Shown: positions 10,374-21,633 of the stretch, piece after piece
Numbering within the stretch: the stretch's first letter is position 1
Layout of the letters: every line of letters begins with the position of its first letter
Assembly: GCF_028368995.1 (NCBI RefSeq)
Contig: NZ_JAQNDL010000003.1
Location: 1,056,001 to 1,120,000 of the forward strand
Direction: 5' to 3'
Length of the DNA stretch: 64,000 bases
DNA from: Nannocystis bainbridge
Lineage (GTDB): Bacteria; Myxococcota_A; Polyangia; Nannocystales; Nannocystaceae
The notes under the pieces: model-generated
The model's input: only the letters and a program-made list of their open reading frames with translations
The model's database searches: none
Told to the model about the DNA's origin: nothing
Position numbers and translations under genes: made by a program

Positions 10374-10514
10374 GCATGTCCCTTCGGACATGTTTAATCA
10401 GAGGCCCGCCGCCATGTGTCACATGTCCATCAGGACATGTGACGCATGATCGATTGCATCGAGTCCCATGACCCCGCCGGCGACGATTCACATGGCCTCT
10501 CGGACATGTCCATG
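10372..10514. repeat. 14-bp-phased CATG (TGTCC-N4-GGACA) array, three pairs
   Basis: CATG pairs at 10375/10389, 10422/10436 and 10491/10505; near-perfect 36-bp palindrome at 10413-10448. Confidence 0.85.
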
Positions 10515-10684
10515 GAATCACGACGAGCGACGCCTCGCGCTCGCCTCCCCGATGCCGGCGAGCCGCCCCCGAGCTCCGTCGATCCTCGCAGCCTCGCCGC
10601 GCAGAGGCTCACCCACCGGCTCCGGACGGCGTTTGCAGCGAACGCTTGCGCGCGGTGATGCCGGCATGCACCTTCATCGGGCCC

Positions 10685-13600
10685 ATGGCGCTTCGCACGG
10701 CCCGGTCGCCCCGCCTGCTCTCGTTTTCGCGCCGCGCCACGATCGCGGCCCTCGCGGTGCTGACGGGCGGCTGCGGGGGAGACGACGCGTGCGGGTCGCT
10801 CGCGGCCCTGTGCGCCGGCGAAGCGCGCGGGCTCCAGCTCGCCACCCGGGTCACGGGCGCCGTCGCGGTCGACCTCGACGGTGACGGCGTGGTCGAGATG
10901 GTCGCGACCGGCGACCATCTGGGGCGGCAGCTCGTCGTCGGCAGCCGCGGCGGCCGGCGCTCGAGCGTGACCTTCGAGGAGATCCCGGGGCCCGTCGTGG
11001 CGCTGGAGCGCGAGTTCGCGGTGCTGTTCCCTGGCGCGCAGCGAGTGGCGATCTTCGGCCTCGACGGCGACGGGCGGCTCGAGCGACGGCGGGACATCCT
11101 GCTGGCCGATGCCCCGTCCGGGCTCGTCAGCGGCGATCTCGACGGCGACGGCCGGCGCGAGCTGGTCGTGACGATGCGCCAGCTCGGCACGGTCGCGGTG
11201 ATCGATCCACGGACCGGCGACATGCGGACCTACCCCGCCGGCAAGTTCCCCACCGGGCTCGCGCTCGGCGACGTCGACGGCGACGCGCACCTCGACGTCG
11301 TCGTCCTCGGTCGCGCGGCGCTGCAAGTGCTGCGCGGCGGCGGCGACGGCACGCTGAAGCCTCGGCGCGCGAGCCCGGCTCCGGACGACATGACGACGGT
11401 GGTGCTCGCCGATCACGACGGCGACGGCGACCTCGACGCGCTCACGCGCGGCTCCATAGAGGCCGTCGAGCTGCACCGCAACGACGGCGCGGGCCGGTTC
11501 TCGAGCCCCATCTCGCTGCCGTTCGGCGCCACGCAGCTGAGCGGCGCCGGGCTGGCGGCGGCGCCGGTCACCGCCGCGGGCCTGGCCGGCGTCAGCGTCC
11601 CGGGCGGCAGCGTGCTCACCACCTGGTTCGGCAAGGGCGCGACCTGGCTCGGGCACAGCGACGTGATGCTGCACCGCGAGTCGACCTGGGTCGGCGGCGG
11701 CACGGACAGCGGGCTGCTCGTCGGCGGCGAGGGGTTCGTGACGCCCTACGCGTACGCCCGCGGCCGGCTGCCGGTCGAGATCGGGCAGGCGGGGGATATC
11801 CACGTCACCGATGACGAGCGGGTGCTGGCGACCGGCGATCTCGACGGCGATCACCTGCTCGACGTCGTCGCCGCGGGAGCGGGGCAGGTCGGGGTGTTCA
11901 GCGGCCGCGCCGAGCCCGGGCTGCAAAAAATCACCTCGTGGTCGAGCTCGACGACGTGGGCGCTGACGATCGCCGAGCTGACCGGCGACGGCCGCCCCGA
12001 CGTCCTCGTGATGGGTGAGCAATGGCTGGCCGTCGCCATGGGCGGCGAGCTCGGGCCAGCGCCGCCGCAGGCGCCCGAGATGGTGGATGCGACGGCGCGC
12101 GAGTTGACGCCGCTGCGCACGGGGCCGGACACGCCGGCCGTCGTGGTCGCCGTGGCCGCCAACCACGCCGTCCTGCCGGCGGTGCTCGCTCCGGCGGTGC
12201 TGCTGCGATTCACCGGCGACGGCCATCTGCTTGACGAGCGTGTGCTCGGCGAGGGGCTCGCCGCCGCCCGGGTGCTCGCAGTCGACTTCGACGACGACGG
12301 CGTCGACGAACCATTGATCCTGGGCAAGCGCGACGGTGCGATCGTGCTGGTGCACGCGAGCCCCGACGGCGACGGTTACAGCCTCGGCGCCGAGCACGAC
12401 CTCGCGGCGCTGTCGGGCGTGCCCGCGGAGAAGTTCTACATCGATCGCCTGGCGGTGGGGGACCTCGACGGCGACGGCGCCCCGGAGGTCGTGGCCTCGT
12501 CGTCCGAGGGCGCGGTGGTGGTGTCGGGGCTGGCCGACGACGCGCCGACAGCGACCGTGTCGTCCGAGCTCGGCGTGCCGACCCACCTGCGCGACCTCGA
12601 CGGCGACGGCCGGCTCGACTCGGTCGCGCTCGGCAGCTACAGCTACGGCTTCCGGCGCGGGCTCGGCGACGGCCAGTTCGACGACTCGCAGGCCCCTGTG
12701 GCGATCGCCGGCGGCGCCGTGATCGAGCTGGCGGCCCGACCCGACGCGCAGTTCGACATGGTCACGCTCGGAGGCGCCGGGCTGCGGATCCACCTGCTCC
12801 GCGACGTCATGCGCCCGGCCGAGGCCGACCAGCCGTTCAACTTCCTCGGGCCGGTCGCCGAGCTCGCGTCCGCCGACATCGACGGGGACGGCCACGACGA
12901 CCTCGTGACCGCGTGCCGGCTGGAGAGCGGCGGCGTGGCGGTGGTGTGGGGCAGCGAGGACGCCCGCCTGGACCGCAGCGACGGCGAGAACGGCAGGAGC
13001 GAGAACCGCGGGCTCGCGATCGGCGATCTCGACGGCGACGGCCTGCCCGAGGTGCTTTCGGCGGCCAGCGGTTACTGGGTCCGGATCCACGACGTCGGCC
13101 GCGAACCCGCGGGCAAGTACGCGTCCCTGGACTTCCTCCACTCGCTCGAGCGCGCCGAGGACCTGGCGATCGACGACGTCGACGACGACGGCCTGCCGGA
13201 CATCCTCGCGCTCGCGTACGCCCGCGAGCCGGAAGAGCAGGTGATCCTGTACGTCGCGTACGGCACCGAGCGGCTGAAGTTCGCCCCGTGGCAGCCGGTG
13301 GCGGCGGTGCCCGGGCTCAAGCGGGGCGGGCTCGAGGTCGGCGACGTCGACGGCGACGGCGGGCTCGATCTGCTGATCCGCGCGCCCGTGGAGCACCCAT
13401 CCCTGCTGCTCCGGTCCCAGGGGCCGCGCTCGTGGACCGAGCCGCAGGCGCTGCCGGGGACCACGGCGCTGTTCGGCCCGCGCGACGCCGACGGGCGCGT
13501 CGAGCTCGTCTCGCACGAGGGCACGACGGTCTACCGCCACGTCGACGGCGACCCCGCCCGGCGGGTCGCGCTCGTGCAGCACGAGCTGCTGGTGGAGGGC

Positions 13601-13831
13601 GCGCTGCGGCAGGTCGGCGACGCTGACGGCGACGGTCGCTACGACCTCGTGACCACCGGGCCCGGCGCCACCTATGTGTGGCCGCTCGGCGACGGCGAGC
13701 CGAGGCCGATCGAGCTCTTCGACGAGAAGCTCGCCGCGGTCCAGTTCCCCGACATCGACGGCGACGGCCGCCCGGACATCGTCGGCCTGGACACCCAGGG
13801 CCGGATCGTCGTCCGCACCAGCCGCCGGTGA
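10685..13831 (+). CDS. Large FG-GAP/VCBS repeat lipoprotein
   Basis: Lipobox LTGGC and more than 15 GDLDGDG/DVDGDG Ca-binding repeats. Confidence 0.88.
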   Translation: MALRTARSPRLLSFSRRATIAALAVLTGGCGGDDACGSLAALCAGEARGLQLATRVTGAVAVDLDGDGVVEMVATGDHLGRQLVVGSRGGRRSSVTFEEIPGPVVALEREFAVLFPGAQRVAIFGLDGDGRLERRRDILLADAPSGLVSGDLDGDGRRELVVTMRQLGTVAVIDPRTGDMRTYPAGKFPTGLALGDVDGDAHLDVVVLGRAALQVLRGGGDGTLKPRRASPAPDDMTTVVLADHDGDGDLDALTRGSIEAVELHRNDGAGRFSSPISLPFGATQLSGAGLAAAPVTAAGLAGVSVPGGSVLTTWFGKGATWLGHSDVMLHRESTWVGGGTDSGLLVGGEGFVTPYAYARGRLPVEIGQAGDIHVTDDERVLATGDLDGDHLLDVVAAGAGQVGVFSGRAEPGLQKITSWSSSTTWALTIAELTGDGRPDVLVMGEQWLAVAMGGELGPAPPQAPEMVDATARELTPLRTGPDTPAVVVAVAANHAVLPAVLAPAVLLRFTGDGHLLDERVLGEGLAAARVLAVDFDDDGVDEPLILGKRDGAIVLVHASPDGDGYSLGAEHDLAALSGVPAEKFYIDRLAVGDLDGDGAPEVVASSSEGAVVVSGLADDAPTATVSSELGVPTHLRDLDGDGRLDSVALGSYSYGFRRGLGDGQFDDSQAPVAIAGGAVIELAARPDAQFDMVTLGGAGLRIHLLRDVMRPAEADQPFNFLGPVAELASADIDGDGHDDLVTACRLESGGVAVVWGSEDARLDRSDGENGRSENRGLAIGDLDGDGLPEVLSAASGYWVRIHDVGREPAGKYASLDFLHSLERAEDLAIDDVDDDGLPDILALAYAREPEEQVILYVAYGTERLKFAPWQPVAAVPGLKRGGLEVGDVDGDGGLDLLIRAPVEHPSLLLRSQGPRSWTEPQALPGTTALFGPRDADGRVELVSHEGTTVYRHVDGDPARRVALVQHELLVEGALRQVGDADGDGRYDLVTTGPGATYVWPLGDGEPRPIELFDEKLAAVQFPDIDGDGRPDIVGLDTQGRIVVRTSRR

Positions 13832-13890
13832 CGGCCGCCCGGACATCGGCCAGATCTTTGTCCGCACCAGCCGCCGGTGACGGCCGCCCG
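13763..13890 (+). repeat. Degenerate tandem duplication of the FG-GAP gene 3' end
   Basis: GTCCGCACCAGCCGCCGGTGACGGCCGCCCG at 13811-13841 and 13860-13890; GACGGCCGCCCGGACATCG at 13763 and 13830. Confidence 0.85.
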
Positions 13891-13898
13891 CCTCCGAA

Positions 13899-14047
13899 GG
13901 GCGTGTCCGCGTCGGCATGTCCTCGGAGCCACGTTCGCGGGGCGCCCCGCCCCCGCGCCTCGGTCTTCTCATGTCTTCAAGGACATGATCTCGAGAACAT
14001 GCCCTCGAGAACATGCCCTTCCAGACATGCCCCTTCGGGCATGTCCC
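13899..14047. repeat. 14-bp-phased CATG array (longest: 6 units plus 3 degenerate units)
   Basis: CATG at 13970, 13984, 13998, 14012, 14026 and 14040; CGTG/CATG/CACG at 13902/13916/13930. Confidence 0.92.
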
Positions 14048-14989
14048 TCAGAACCGGCCCTGCAGCACGAGCCCGGCCCCGCCGCGCAGCCAGGTCGGCG
14101 CCAGGCCGAGCTCGCGGCGGGCCCGCTGCTGGCCGGCCGCGCCGGCGCCGATCAGGCCGATGCCGGTGACCACCAGCACCCCGCCGGCCACCGCGGTGGC
14201 GATCGCCAGGGTGTTGGCGACGGTGCCCTGGTCGAGCAGGTCGCGATAAACAGTGGGGTCGGTGACCCCGTCGGCCTTGGCGGCCTCGCCGTCGCGGTCG
14301 ACGCGGGCTCCGCGGGCCAGGCCGAAGGCCATCACGCCGAGGGCGATCGCGCCGGCGCCGGTCAGCGCGCCGCCGGCGATCGTGAGCCGGCGCGAGCGCT
14401 TGGCCTCGCGCTCGGCGGCCGCGCGCCGGGCCTCGGCCTCGCGCGACGCGCTGGCTTTCTCGGCCGCAAGGCGGGCCTCGGCCTCGCCGTCGTCGCGGCC
14501 CTCCGCGGCCTCGGTGGCGGCCTTCTTCTCGGCCGCCTCGCGCGCCTCGGCGTCGGCGATCTTCGCCCGCAGCTCGTCGAGCGTGCCCTGCACCTTGGCG
14601 GTCGTGGTCGTGTCCTTGGCGCTGATCGTCTTGAGGTAGTTGTCGAACAGCCGCTCGGCCTTGCGCAGGTACACGAGCTGCGGGTCGAGCTCGTACGCCT
14701 CGACGCACGCCTGGGCGATCTGGTAGGCGAGCACGTTGCGCCGCTTGTCGTACGCGGCCTCGTTCGGCAGCGCCGCGTAGGCCTGCGTCCACAGCTCGAT
14801 CGCGCCGGCGTAGTCGGCCGTCTCGAAGCGCGTCTGCGCCTCCTGCGCGAGCGCGCTGATCTTCGCGTTGAGCTCGTCGCCCGCCTTCGTGGGGGCAGCC
14901 GCGCCAGCCTCGGGCACCGCTGCCGCGAGGGTCAGCGCCGCCGCGAGCCCCGCGGCCAAGCATCGCCGCCCGTGCCTCGCCATCGCCAT
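14048..14989 (-). CDS. Secreted/membrane TPR-like protein
   Basis: Signal peptide; AQTRFETADYAGAIELWTQAY TPR-like helix; coiled coil; two C-terminal hydrophobic segments ending GAGLVLQGRF. Confidence 0.75.
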   Translation of the reverse strand: MAMARHGRRCLAAGLAAALTLAAAVPEAGAAAPTKAGDELNAKISALAQEAQTRFETADYAGAIELWTQAYAALPNEAAYDKRRNVLAYQIAQACVEAYELDPQLVYLRKAERLFDNYLKTISAKDTTTTAKVQGTLDELRAKIADAEAREAAEKKAATEAAEGRDDGEAEARLAAEKASASREAEARRAAAEREAKRSRRLTIAGGALTGAGAIALGVMAFGLARGARVDRDGEAAKADGVTDPTVYRDLLDQGTVANTLAIATAVAGGVLVVTGIGLIGAGAAGQQRARRELGLAPTWLRGGAGLVLQGRF

Positions 14990-15067
14990 AAGCGGCCTCG
15001 ATACTATGCCGGCGGCCGCCACGGCGACAAGGCTCAGTTCCGCGCGAGCGCGCCGGCGGGACGTTGA

Positions 15068-15102
15068 CCGCGTGTCTTTTAGGACAGGTCCGTGCGGACG
15101 TT
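15068..15102. repeat. Degenerate 14-bp-phased motif between divergent genes
   Basis: CGTG/CAGG/CGTT at 15071/15085/15099; TGTCT-TTTA-GGACA core. Confidence 0.6.
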
Positions 15103-15137
15103 GCACCGTCGGCACTTCCTCGTCGATACTGCCGACG

Positions 15138-16283
15138 ATGGCGCGCCCGCTCCTCGTCGCCTGGGCGCTCGCGCTCAGCGCCTGCTTCACCGGCGGATTC
15201 CTGTCCGGCCAGCCCTGCACCGCCGACAGCGACTGCGGCCCGAGCCTGCGCTGCGAGGCCGGCGTGTGCGGCGGACCGACGGCGCAGACCAGCCCGACTT
15301 CGACCTCGACGGCGACCGCGACGCCGACCTCGACCACCACCGCGGGCGACGCGACCACCGTCGAGCCGACCTCGACTTCGACGACCACGACCACCGGCGA
15401 CACCACGCTGACGCCGCTGACGAGCAGCACGACGTCCACCACCGAGGACGAGACCACCGGCGGCGGCTGCGGGATCGGCCGGTGCAAGGACCTCGACATC
15501 CTGTTCGTCGCCGACAACTCGCCGAGCATGTTGATCAAGACCCTGATCCTGCTCGACTTCATCACCACCTTCGGCACCGAGATGATCCCCGAGCTGCGCA
15601 AGGCCTGCAGCGTGCACCTCGGGGTGATCACCACCGACGCCTACCCGCACAACCCGCCCGAGTGCCAGAAGATCGGCGCGCTGGTGTCCGCCGACAACAA
15701 CGAGAACGCCTGTGTGCTCGCCGAGGGCAAGCCCTACGCGACCATGGCCGACCTCGACATGCCGCTCACGCTCGAGTGCCTGTTCAACATCGGCTCCGAC
15801 GGCGACAACGACGAGCGCCCGGTCGACGCCCTGTTCTCGACAGTCGGCGCGCTCGACCCGTCGCTCAACCCCGGCTGTAACCAGGGCTTCTACCGCCCGG
15901 GCGCGTTCCTCACCATGGTCCTGGTGGCCGACGAGGACGACGACAACAACGACGCCCAGGGCCACGACGGCTCCGAAGAGATCTTCGAGTCGTTCTGGGC
16001 CGGTTCGCTGGCCAACCTCAAGCCGACCGGGATCGACGACCTCTACATGGTCGGCCTGCTCGGGGACCCCAAGATGGGCCAGCAAGCCTGCCCGTGGAAC
16101 CCGAGCGAGGAGCCCGACGGCTTCGGCACCGAGACCACCCCGAAGCTGCGCGGTTTCATCCAATCGCTGCCCCCGGAGCGCTACGCGCTCGGCACGCTGT
16201 GCAACGTGGTGCCGGGCGGCACCGCGTTCAAATCGCTGATGGAAGAGTTCCGCAACGAACTGCGCGTCGCCTGCGGGGCGTGA
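15138..16283 (+). CDS. Lipoprotein with Thr-rich linker and vWA-like domain
   Basis: Lipobox LSAC; Cys-rich N-terminus; Thr tract; DILFVADNSPSM (MIDAS DxSxS), HLGVITTD, LVADEDD. Confidence 0.8.
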   Translation: MARPLLVAWALALSACFTGGFLSGQPCTADSDCGPSLRCEAGVCGGPTAQTSPTSTSTATATPTSTTTAGDATTVEPTSTSTTTTTGDTTLTPLTSSTTSTTEDETTGGGCGIGRCKDLDILFVADNSPSMLIKTLILLDFITTFGTEMIPELRKACSVHLGVITTDAYPHNPPECQKIGALVSADNNENACVLAEGKPYATMADLDMPLTLECLFNIGSDGDNDERPVDALFSTVGALDPSLNPGCNQGFYRPGAFLTMVLVADEDDDNNDAQGHDGSEEIFESFWAGSLANLKPTGIDDLYMVGLLGDPKMGQQACPWNPSEEPDGFGTETTPKLRGFIQSLPPERYALGTLCNVVPGGTAFKSLMEEFRNELRVACGA

Positions 16284-16318
16284 GCGGCGCGGGCTGGCGT
16301 TGCGGTATCGTGATCGAC

Positions 16319-18664
<2,346 letters not shown>

Positions 18665-18749
18665 CCGCCCATGCCTGTATCTTCCCGCCAGGTGAAGGCC
18701 GCGCCGCGTGCGGGCGACGCCGGACCGCGCGGAGGACCCGATCTCTTCG

Positions 18750-18822
18750 GCTGTCCCTTCATACATGTCGAAAGAAACATGTCTGTGAGCCCATGCCCCT
18801 CAGGGCATGTCCTCTCGAACAC
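18750..18822. repeat. 14-bp-phased CATG array (4 units)
   Basis: CATG at 18764, 18778, 18792 and 18806 between convergent genes. Confidence 0.9.
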
Positions 18823-18946
18823 CCTCCCCCGCTCCGCCCTTCGGCCCCGGCGCCGGTGGTCGCGTCACGCGGCGTGACCGCGCCCGACCCGGGCAGCGCC
18901 GCCGACGCTCCGCCGGGTCAAGCTCGGCCGTCATGTCCGCCCCGGC

Positions 18947-21397
18947 TCAGCCCGGGCAGATCTGGAAGGCGTCGGCGCCGAGGTTGTTGCCGGGGTGGCA
19001 GTCGGCGATCTTGTCGTCGGGGTCGACGTCGACGAACACGTTGCCCGTGCCGGCGAGGTTGGCGACGCACTGGACGACCTCGCACTGGCCGGGTTGCAGC
19101 AGCATCGTCGTCGCGGCCTCGCAGACGACCGTGGCCATGCTGACGTCCTGGTCCAGGGTCATGGTCTCGAGGAAGGCGACGGTGACGCCGTCCTGGACCG
19201 CGTTGGTGCCGCGGTTGCACACCTCGGCGGTCAGCTCGATCTCGCCGGCCCCGAAGGAGCACAGCTCACCGATCTCCGCCAGCTCGACGGTGAGGTCGGC
19301 GATCTGCAGGGCGCCGACGTCGCCCTGGCTGTTCTGGCGCAGGTCGTTGAGGCCTGGCGTCTGCCAGTTGTTCTTGAACTCGCTGCGCGGCGGGACGCGG
19401 GCGTCGTCGGTGACGTGCGTGACGGAGTAGACGTGCTGGTTCCACACCGGCCGGGAGTTGGCCCAGCGGTCCATCGGATCGCGGTAGATGGCGAAGCCGG
19501 TCGAGGCCTTGAACGGGCCGCCCTCGGGGAACAGCGGGTCGGTCGCCGGGCAGCCGCCGGCCGGGGTGCGCGGGACGATGATCTCGGTGGCGAAGTCGCC
19601 GTCGACGTCGGCGATCGTCGGGTAGTCGAGGCCGGTCGCGCTCGAGGCCGGGGTGCTGAAGAGGACGGCGCCGGACTTGCCGTCGTAGACGCGGAGGTAG
19701 CACTCGTCGCGGTAGACGGCCTCGCCGTCGCCGTCGCCGTCGAAGTCGAAGATCGACGATCCCGTGGTCCTTGACGACTGGTCGTCCGAGGGCTGGGCCC
19801 ACAGGACGCCGTCGGGCAGGTCCTTGGCCACCTGCTCGGGGGCGCGTTCGCAGGTGCCGCCCGGGCGCTCGGGCGGGCTCATGCCCATGAGCGACGCCTG
19901 GCAGTCGGGGTCGTAGACGACGTACTGCTCGGCGCCGGCGGAGGCGAACTCGACCTGGCCGTCGCCGTCGAAGTCGCTGATCGTGATCGGGCCGCCCTCG
20001 TCGGGATCGTCGGCGGGGCCGGTCTTGTAGGTCTCGATCGGGCCCCAGACGACGGCGCCGTCGAGCGTCTGCACGCGGATCTGCCCCTTGTCGCCGGGCG
20101 CCGACAGGACGACGACCTCGGGCTGCTGCGCCGGATCGACGCCGGGGAGGTTCGAGTAGAGGCCGACGTCGGCGACGCCGGTGAAGCCGTTCAGTTGCAT
20201 CGGGTTGGCGACGAACCATGGCTTCTCGACCCACTCGGTGGTCACCTCGTCCCAGCCAGCGACGCTGCGCGCGGTCACGAGGTCCATCTGCCCGTCGAGG
20301 TCGACGTCGGCCGCGTACTCCATGCCGGTGGCCTCGCTCTTCAGCCAGGTGGTGAGCAGGCAGCCCTCGGCGTCGAACACCTGACGGCCGACGAGGATCT
20401 CCGGGCGGTCGTCGTCGTCGAGGTCGACGAGCAGCGGGCTGGCGAGGGTGCTGCCGCTGCTGAAGTAGAGCGCCATGTCGTTGTTGTCACAGTCGCGGCC
20501 GTACCACATGCGCTCGAGCACTGGCGCGTCGACCGTGGAGTCGATGCGCACGGCGTAGAGCCGGACCTCGTCGCCGTCGTCGTCGGAGTTGAGGTGGTAG
20601 CTGACGAGCTCGGGGTGGCCGCCCTGCGGGACATCGCCGTCGAGGTCGCCGACCGCCCAGGTGGCGGCGTAGGCCGGGCGGTTCTTGAAGTCGGGCTCGT
20701 CGACGCCGCCGAGGCGCATCTGCTCCTCGCAGGTGCGGCCGTCGAACACGCGGAGGGTGCCGAGGCGGTTGGCGTTGGCGACATGGAAGGTGGTGACGAT
20801 GATCGAGGGCTGGAGCTTGCCCGGGTCCTTGTCGAGGTTAAGGTCGGCGATCGACGGGGTGGTATAGATGCGGTTCGAGGCCGCGGTCGGGTCGTCGGCG
20901 GCGGTGCCCGTCCACTCGCACTGCAGGGTGGGGGTGACGCCCTCGGGGATCGGGGGCTTGGTGCAGTCGGGGTCGTTGATGACGGAGGGGGGGACGTCGT
21001 AGGGGATGCACACGCCGTCGGCGTCGCAGTAGGAGTCGCCGGGGCAATCGTCGTGGGTGAGGCAAGGACCGAGGTCGGGGATGCAGGTCTCGTACTTGCA
21101 GATGAAGTTGTCGGGGCAGCCGCCGCAGGCGGGGTCACCCGTGGTCTCGACCGTGGTCGCGGTCGGGTCCGTCGAGGTGCCGGTCGGCGGATCGACGGGC
21201 TCGGTCGTGCCGGTGTCGGGCTGAGACGTGCCGGTGGTCAGGGGCAGCGCGGTCGTGCTGCCCGGGCTCCCGGTCGGGTCGCTGGCCGTGGGATCGCCAT
21301 CGGTGCTGGAACCCGCCGAGGTGCTGCCTTCGTCGCCGCATCCGGCCGCCCACGTCACCGCACCCACCAAAACCCACGGACTCCAATGCATTCGCAT
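18947..21397 (-). CDS. FG-GAP repeat lipoprotein with a C-terminal CARDB-like domain
   Basis: Lipobox WAAGC; Thr-rich linker; DLDGD/DFDGDG repeats; SSIFDFDGDG, WNQHVYSVT; EVCNRGT...VDPDDKIADCHPGNN. Confidence 0.82.
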   Translation of the reverse strand: MRMHWSPWVLVGAVTWAAGCGDEGSTSAGSSTDGDPTASDPTGSPGSTTALPLTTGTSQPDTGTTEPVDPPTGTSTDPTATTVETTGDPACGGCPDNFICKYETCIPDLGPCLTHDDCPGDSYCDADGVCIPYDVPPSVINDPDCTKPPIPEGVTPTLQCEWTGTAADDPTAASNRIYTTPSIADLNLDKDPGKLQPSIIVTTFHVANANRLGTLRVFDGRTCEEQMRLGGVDEPDFKNRPAYAATWAVGDLDGDVPQGGHPELVSYHLNSDDDGDEVRLYAVRIDSTVDAPVLERMWYGRDCDNNDMALYFSSGSTLASPLLVDLDDDDRPEILVGRQVFDAEGCLLTTWLKSEATGMEYAADVDLDGQMDLVTARSVAGWDEVTTEWVEKPWFVANPMQLNGFTGVADVGLYSNLPGVDPAQQPEVVVLSAPGDKGQIRVQTLDGAVVWGPIETYKTGPADDPDEGGPITISDFDGDGQVEFASAGAEQYVVYDPDCQASLMGMSPPERPGGTCERAPEQVAKDLPDGVLWAQPSDDQSSRTTGSSIFDFDGDGDGEAVYRDECYLRVYDGKSGAVLFSTPASSATGLDYPTIADVDGDFATEIIVPRTPAGGCPATDPLFPEGGPFKASTGFAIYRDPMDRWANSRPVWNQHVYSVTHVTDDARVPPRSEFKNNWQTPGLNDLRQNSQGDVGALQIADLTVELAEIGELCSFGAGEIELTAEVCNRGTNAVQDGVTVAFLETMTLDQDVSMATVVCEAATTMLLQPGQCEVVQCVANLAGTGNVFVDVDPDDKIADCHPGNNLGADAFQICPG

Positions 21398-21633
21398 CGG
21401 TGCATCGTCGACAACGAGGCGGGCGACGTCAAGCCGCGACCCCGCGCGTGCGCGGTCGTCTGGCCCGAGGGACAGGTGATGAAGAATCGTGGACGGGCGC
21501 CGGGGGACGGAGGCCTCGGTCGCCCTCGACGCGCCGCGTGCACCCGCGAGCGAGCAGCGCTCGCATGCGGCGACTCCCCGCGAACGCGGACATGGCGGAG
21601 GCGCGCACCTGTCCCGGGGGACAGCGAGCGCGT

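Noticed and set aside
10430-14014. Long antisense or alternate-frame ORFs (also 15..3095, 6141..8837, 25853..29155, 46273..50235, 53034..55979)
   Set aside because: They shadow well-supported genes and have no recognisable motifs.
13899-14047. 14-bp arrays as a CRISPR array
   Set aside because: Units are 10 bp with 4-bp gaps, there are no 30-40 bp unique spacers, and no cas genes are present.
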